Assembly: GCF_009914755.1 (NCBI RefSeq)
Contig: NC_060927.1
Length of the DNA: 64,000 bases
DNA from: the human T2T-CHM13v2.0 reference genome, Homo sapiens
Reading direction: 5' to 3' (one strand)
The notes under the pieces were generated by a model that saw only the letters and a program-made list of their open reading frames with translations, was not told the origin of the DNA and ran no database searches. Position numbers and translations under genes: made by a program. Positions 59,258 through 64,000 of the stretch are shown here, in pieces (the stretch's first letter is position 1; each line of letters opens with the position of its first letter).

Positions 59258-62200
59258 GTAAGTTTTGTTCAAAGACCCTGGAGCTGCAATTAGGGCTTAA
59301 GCACTGGTTTCTTCTTCTCTAAGCCAAAATGTACCGAACCTCTTGTGAAACCCAAAAGGGGAAGTAGTGTTGTAAATATCTATGCTTATCTACTGACCTA
59401 TCCAACTTTTCATATCAAGCACAAACCCATTTATGCAGCTACTCTCTTCAAATGCAGAGTTCCCTTGTTGTAAGCCAAAACTAGTAGCAGTTAGATCCAG
59501 CTTGTCACATAATCTCTTTTCCTAATTTTAAGGTGAAAGTATGGGAAATGGGAAAGCATGAACAAATATATGCAAGGAAGACAAGCTCTTATAATGTGAA
59601 GAACTTCTGGAATAATGATTTTTAAAATTTAGATGAGATTGTGATGATTACCATTGATTACCATGATATTTGTGCAAATTCTCATTTTGAAGCAGTTTGG
59701 TAATATAAACATTTTTATATCCTTAATATAACCCAGAGGGCAAAATGGAAGGTTATTCCTAGCTGAGGTTATTTTGTTTTAATAAATAAAAATAGAGCTT
59801 AATGACCCTTATCTGTATATGGTTTATAATATTAATATTTGTATACAGAATTTGGAACATGAAGCTGTTCACACTCCCCAAGACTCTAAAAGAGGTCTGT
59901 CCCAGGTGCATTGGGAAGGTAGTGGCATGGAATGGCATTTCTGAGATGTTTCGTGCGCCAGCAGCAGAGGTTTCTATCTTAAATTGTGTCTGTTTAAAAA
60001 TACCCTGCCTGGCCAGAAGAATTGCTATGGGGGTCAACTTACTTCCTCGTCCCTCCATATGAGTTTTACCTCCATTTTAACAAGAACTGTTATTTACAAT
60101 ACACCATGCCTTCTCTGGCAAGTAGATTCCACCCAAGAATGCTGCTTTATTTTTCTAAACAAAGTAATATATAAGAATGGAATTTGAAGAAACCTAAGAA
60201 TATGTATTTCTCAATGTGAGTGGAAATGCAGTGTTGGTGGTGGTACAGGTGGTGCAAGGAGGGCTCCAGGAGAGAAGCAAATTGGAGCAATGCAGGCTTG
60301 GCAATGCTGTGTAGAGGTGAAGAGGAAAGTTAAAAGAGACTGAGAAAGAGCCACCAGAGTGGGGAGAAAAAGAGAACTTAACTGGCCGAAAGAACTGGTG
60401 TAATATTTTAGGATGCAATGTGTGCAGTAATACTCTCCTCTACTTTTCTCAAAAGCTCTTGTAAAAATTTACATTTGGCTTTGAGTTCATAAAACTTCAT
60501 TTGTAAGTGTTTTGGGGAAGGGACTTGGCAGTGAGTTGCAGCAAAGTGCTGAGAATAGCCTTGGAGTAGGAGCAGGGCTGAAGCATAAGCTGCCTTAGGG
60601 AACACAGATATAATCCATGTACACTGACACCAAGATGTGTGTTTGTCCATTTAGCTACCTATTTATCTATTTAACACGAGTAAGAATGAATAAAGATATA
60701 AAAACTGAACTACAATAACATTTTTTGCTATTTACATACTATTTCAAAAGTAAGGATCTTAGAACAGTGAATATTAACCTATCAATCCATGATTTATTTG
60801 TAGTGAAAGAACCAGTTCAATTTCTTATTTGATTTATGGAATGGGTCTCTGGCATTAGGAGATCTATATCACTCACCCAGACAAATTTACTGCTTTTGTG
60901 AAGTTTTCCTTATTATTTGCTACATCCCTCCAGTTCATTAATAGACTCTGCAGCTTCCCTCTGCCTAAACATTTTACCTCTTTAATCAACAAAATATAGT
61001 CAAGAGTGTAGTTTTCTGGAGCAATGACATAGATTGAGATAGAGCTACAGACATTTCACAGGCTTCAATTTCAAAAGTTAGTATGTAAATCAGTTGTTTT
61101 GAACTGTGGTTGCATTTTTTCCATTGAAATTATAAGTTGTATGGAAGACTTCATAAATCTTAGACCTACAGACTCTCTAGAACATGTTCTATTTCTGTAG
61201 GGGAATGGGTTTTTTTTCTTCTAAACTTGGGATATCTTTAGCAAAGTTAGCTAAAATGGGTCTTTGGCAAGGTAACTCAAGCCCAGGACAGAGAGTCTAT
61301 TTAATAAAAGGACTTGGGTTAGAAAAAAAAAAAGTACTTCTTGGTAGTGCGAAAAGTCTTGTCTTATATAGTCCACCCCAATGTGAAATTAGACCACAGT
61401 ATGACTTTCCCATCAGTTTCCACTGCCCCTCACTTACAACTTGATGCAGACTGAATGAGAGGACAAGCAAGATATTGAAGAATGACAAGAGAAGCAATGA
61501 GGTTAAACAAATAACAGGTCATGAAGTTGGAAAAGAAGATAAGATCAAAAACGAAGAGATTTCCATGGTAACTGGATATGGATGGTGATATGAGGTGTAC
61601 CACTGGAGAGGTTTGCTCCTGAGCCCATCATCTCAGGGACAGACCCTGAGGGATGAACATAAAAGATAGAAAATCATGGACAATAGAGAATGGGAAGAAC
61701 TTTTAGCAGTAGCTGGGATTAGGTAACTTATATAAAAATTAACTTCATGGAACATTTCTGTGTGTCACACTGTAAAACCCCTAAACTAAACTTTACAAGA
61801 AAATTTACAGAAATGACTTTCATTCATCTCAAATGTGTCCAAACTCAGCTTTGACTGTGAATTTATGTAGACATTTGCCAGGTGAAGGCCCAGCATTTAT
61901 TAGGGTTACCAAGGCAGAAATAACCTATACCTGCCAGAAATTATTCTTTACCAGCTCTGGGGAAACAAAAATGAACAAATTTGATTATAAGTTAAATTTA
62001 TAAATAGAGCTTGGAACTTGTCACCACAATTGTTCATTGAAATTCTTCATACTATTTTCCAATTTTTTAAATGCTCCAAGATATGAGTAATTGTAGACAC
62101 AGTTTCAGTAAAAGCAATCTACAATTTCTATCAATAGACAAGCTGTTGAGAAAAATATTTAAGCCTGGGATTTCTCTGGAGCTGAGTTTTCAAACACCTC

Positions 62201-62468
62201 GAGTCTAGAAGCACCTGTTTTGGGGGTTGAAAGCAGAGACTGAGAGAGAGACTGAAAGGCTTTCCTGCAGTAAAGATCCATACATGTTAGGAAATTATTT
62301 TTTCAGTGGTTCAGAAGTAAGCAAAAGGGTATTTCTCAACTACGTTAGTGTTTTGTATTCACGGAACCCCAATTCTGAGTGTTATTACCATGGAAAATTC
62401 TCAGCAAGGCTTCCAGGTTGTTTCTTGAGCAAGGTAGAAATAACATACAATCTAATAAGAATGGCTGG

Positions 62469-62735
62469 GGCTGGGTGCAGTGGCTCACACCTGTAATCCC
62501 AGCACTTTGGGAGGCCGAGGCGGATAGATCACCTGAGGTCAGGAGTTTGAGACCAGCCTGGGCAACATGGTGAAACTCTGTCTCTAGTAAAAATACAAAA
62601 ATTAGCTGGGCATGGTGGCAGGCGCCTGTAATCCCAGCTACTTGGGAGGCTGAGGCAGGCGAAGCTTGAAGCCAGGAGGCGGAGGTTGTAGTGAGCTGAG
62701 ATCATGCCATTGCACTCCAGCCTGGGCAACAGAGC
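62469..62735 (+). mobile_element. AluSx/Sz lacking its 3' terminus and poly(A), with a 12-bp TSD
   Basis: TSD aagaatggctgg at 62457-62468 and 62736-62747. Confidence 0.92.
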
Positions 62736-63001
62736 AAGAATGGCTGGAAAATCAACTTGGTATAGACTTCCCTACAAGGATCATTATCACCTTCATTTAC
62801 AAAGGATAACATTTCTATTCCCCTGAGACCACCAATTTCTTCAATATCTACATAGAGTACTTCAGTTTTCCACCACACTTAACGTTGGAAAGCCTAGTGA
62901 TTTCTTCTAGACGGGCAATGTGAGATGTTGCTTATGTTCTATCAGTGGCTAACTTTCTGTCTTCCTTTTCTCTGAACTCTTCCTTCCTGTCCAACTCTCA
63001 G

Positions 63002-63042
63002 GCCACAACTGTGATATAAATGGTTATATCTTTTATGCCCAG
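63002..63042 (+). other. Candidate short exon (41 nt)
   Basis: Branch-point-like ggctaac (62947-62953), a long pyrimidine tract, ctctcag| and donor CAG|gtaagg. Confidence 0.35.
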
Positions 63043-63219
63043 GTAAGGAGAAACACTCCTGTTCTTTAGTTCCCAATGCTAGAGACTACCACAAAGCTCT
63101 TGTGATCATGATTTCACTGAAGAATTAGGAATAAAATTGAAATTACAGCTTCAAAAAGGAATTGTTTAAAATTAAATATCAGTATCTCTGTTCTTTAAAT
63201 TATTCATCCAACCCCGCAT

Positions 63220-63422
63220 CAAGAAGGTGTTGCAGATAAAACCCCAGGGAGAAGAATCTAAGGCAAAAATTAGCATGCCTGAGAGAAGTGCTCTTGGGAT
63301 CAAAACCAAGGAAGAGAAAGCAATGAAGCAGGATTAGACAAAAGGAGAAGTTGAGCTACAATGCAGTCTCAACAAAGGCCTTAGATGACTCCATGGGTAG
63401 TTCTGAAATTGAAATGGCCCTT
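63220..63422 (-). mobile_element. LTR16/LTR33-like ERVL LTR fragment
   Basis: gaagcaggattagacaaaaggagaagttgagctacaatgcagtc...aaggccttag...atggcccttca. Confidence 0.6.
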
Positions 63423-64000
63423 CATCTTACCTGATTGCAAACTATACTACAAGGCCATAGTCACCAAAACAGCATGGTACTGGTATAAAAACAGGCACAT
63501 AAACCAATGGAAAAGAATAAAGAACCCAGAAATAAACCGAAATACTTACAGCCAACTGATCTTTGACAAAGCAAACAAAAACATAAAGTGGGGAAAGCAC
63601 ATCCTTTTCAACAAATGATGCTGGGATAATTGGCTAGCCACATGTAGGAGAATAAAACTGAATTCTCATCTCTCACCTTATACAAAAATCAACTCAAGAT
63701 CGATTAAGGACTTAAACCTAAAACCTAAAACTATAAAAATTCCAGAAGATAACATTGGAAAAAACCTTCTAGACATTGGCTTAGGCAAAGGATTTTGTGA
63801 CCAAGAACCCAAAAGCAAATGCAATAAAAACAAAGATAAATAGCTGGGACCTAATTAAACTGAAGAGCTTTTGCACAGCAAAGGAAATTCAGCAGAGTAA
63901 ACAGACAACCCACAGAGTGGGAGATAATCTTCACAGTCTATACATTGGACAAAGGACAAAGGACTGATATCCAGAATCTACAATGAACACAAAGAAATCA
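63423..64000 (+). mobile_element. 5'-truncated L1PB ORF2 3' part, running off the window
   Basis: [28 protein letters not shown]. Confidence 0.9.

Noticed and set aside
59759-60062. Overlapping 99-aa and 86-aa ORFs in unique DNA
   Set aside because: There is no recognisable homology or splice context, and such lengths are expected by chance.

Overview
Primate (human-like), AT-rich, repeat-dense genomic DNA with no recognisable cellular protein-coding gene. Nearly all ORFs in the track are LINE-1 ORF1/ORF2 remnants or antisense frames of L1, Alu or MaLR. The centre (about 11.6-35.3 kb) is one old L1MA element split by same-orientation insertions: an AluY, a composite Alu, a full-length L1PB, a near full-length L1PA7-like element, a 5'-inverted L1PA3-like element and a MER41-type LTR. 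The most notable object is the L1PA7-like insertion (20322-27360). Its 5'UTR appears to be a cDNA copy of a spliced L1 RNA, with the known +97/98 donor joined to an L1PA7/8-type acceptor. It also seems to carry a ~1.2 kb 3' transduction that ends at the poly(A) site of an old LTR. Several plus-strand exon-like segments with strong splice signals, one an Alu/MIR chimera, suggest a possible spliced non-coding transcript. Subfamily names and consensus comparisons come from recalled consensus sequences, not from a database search.
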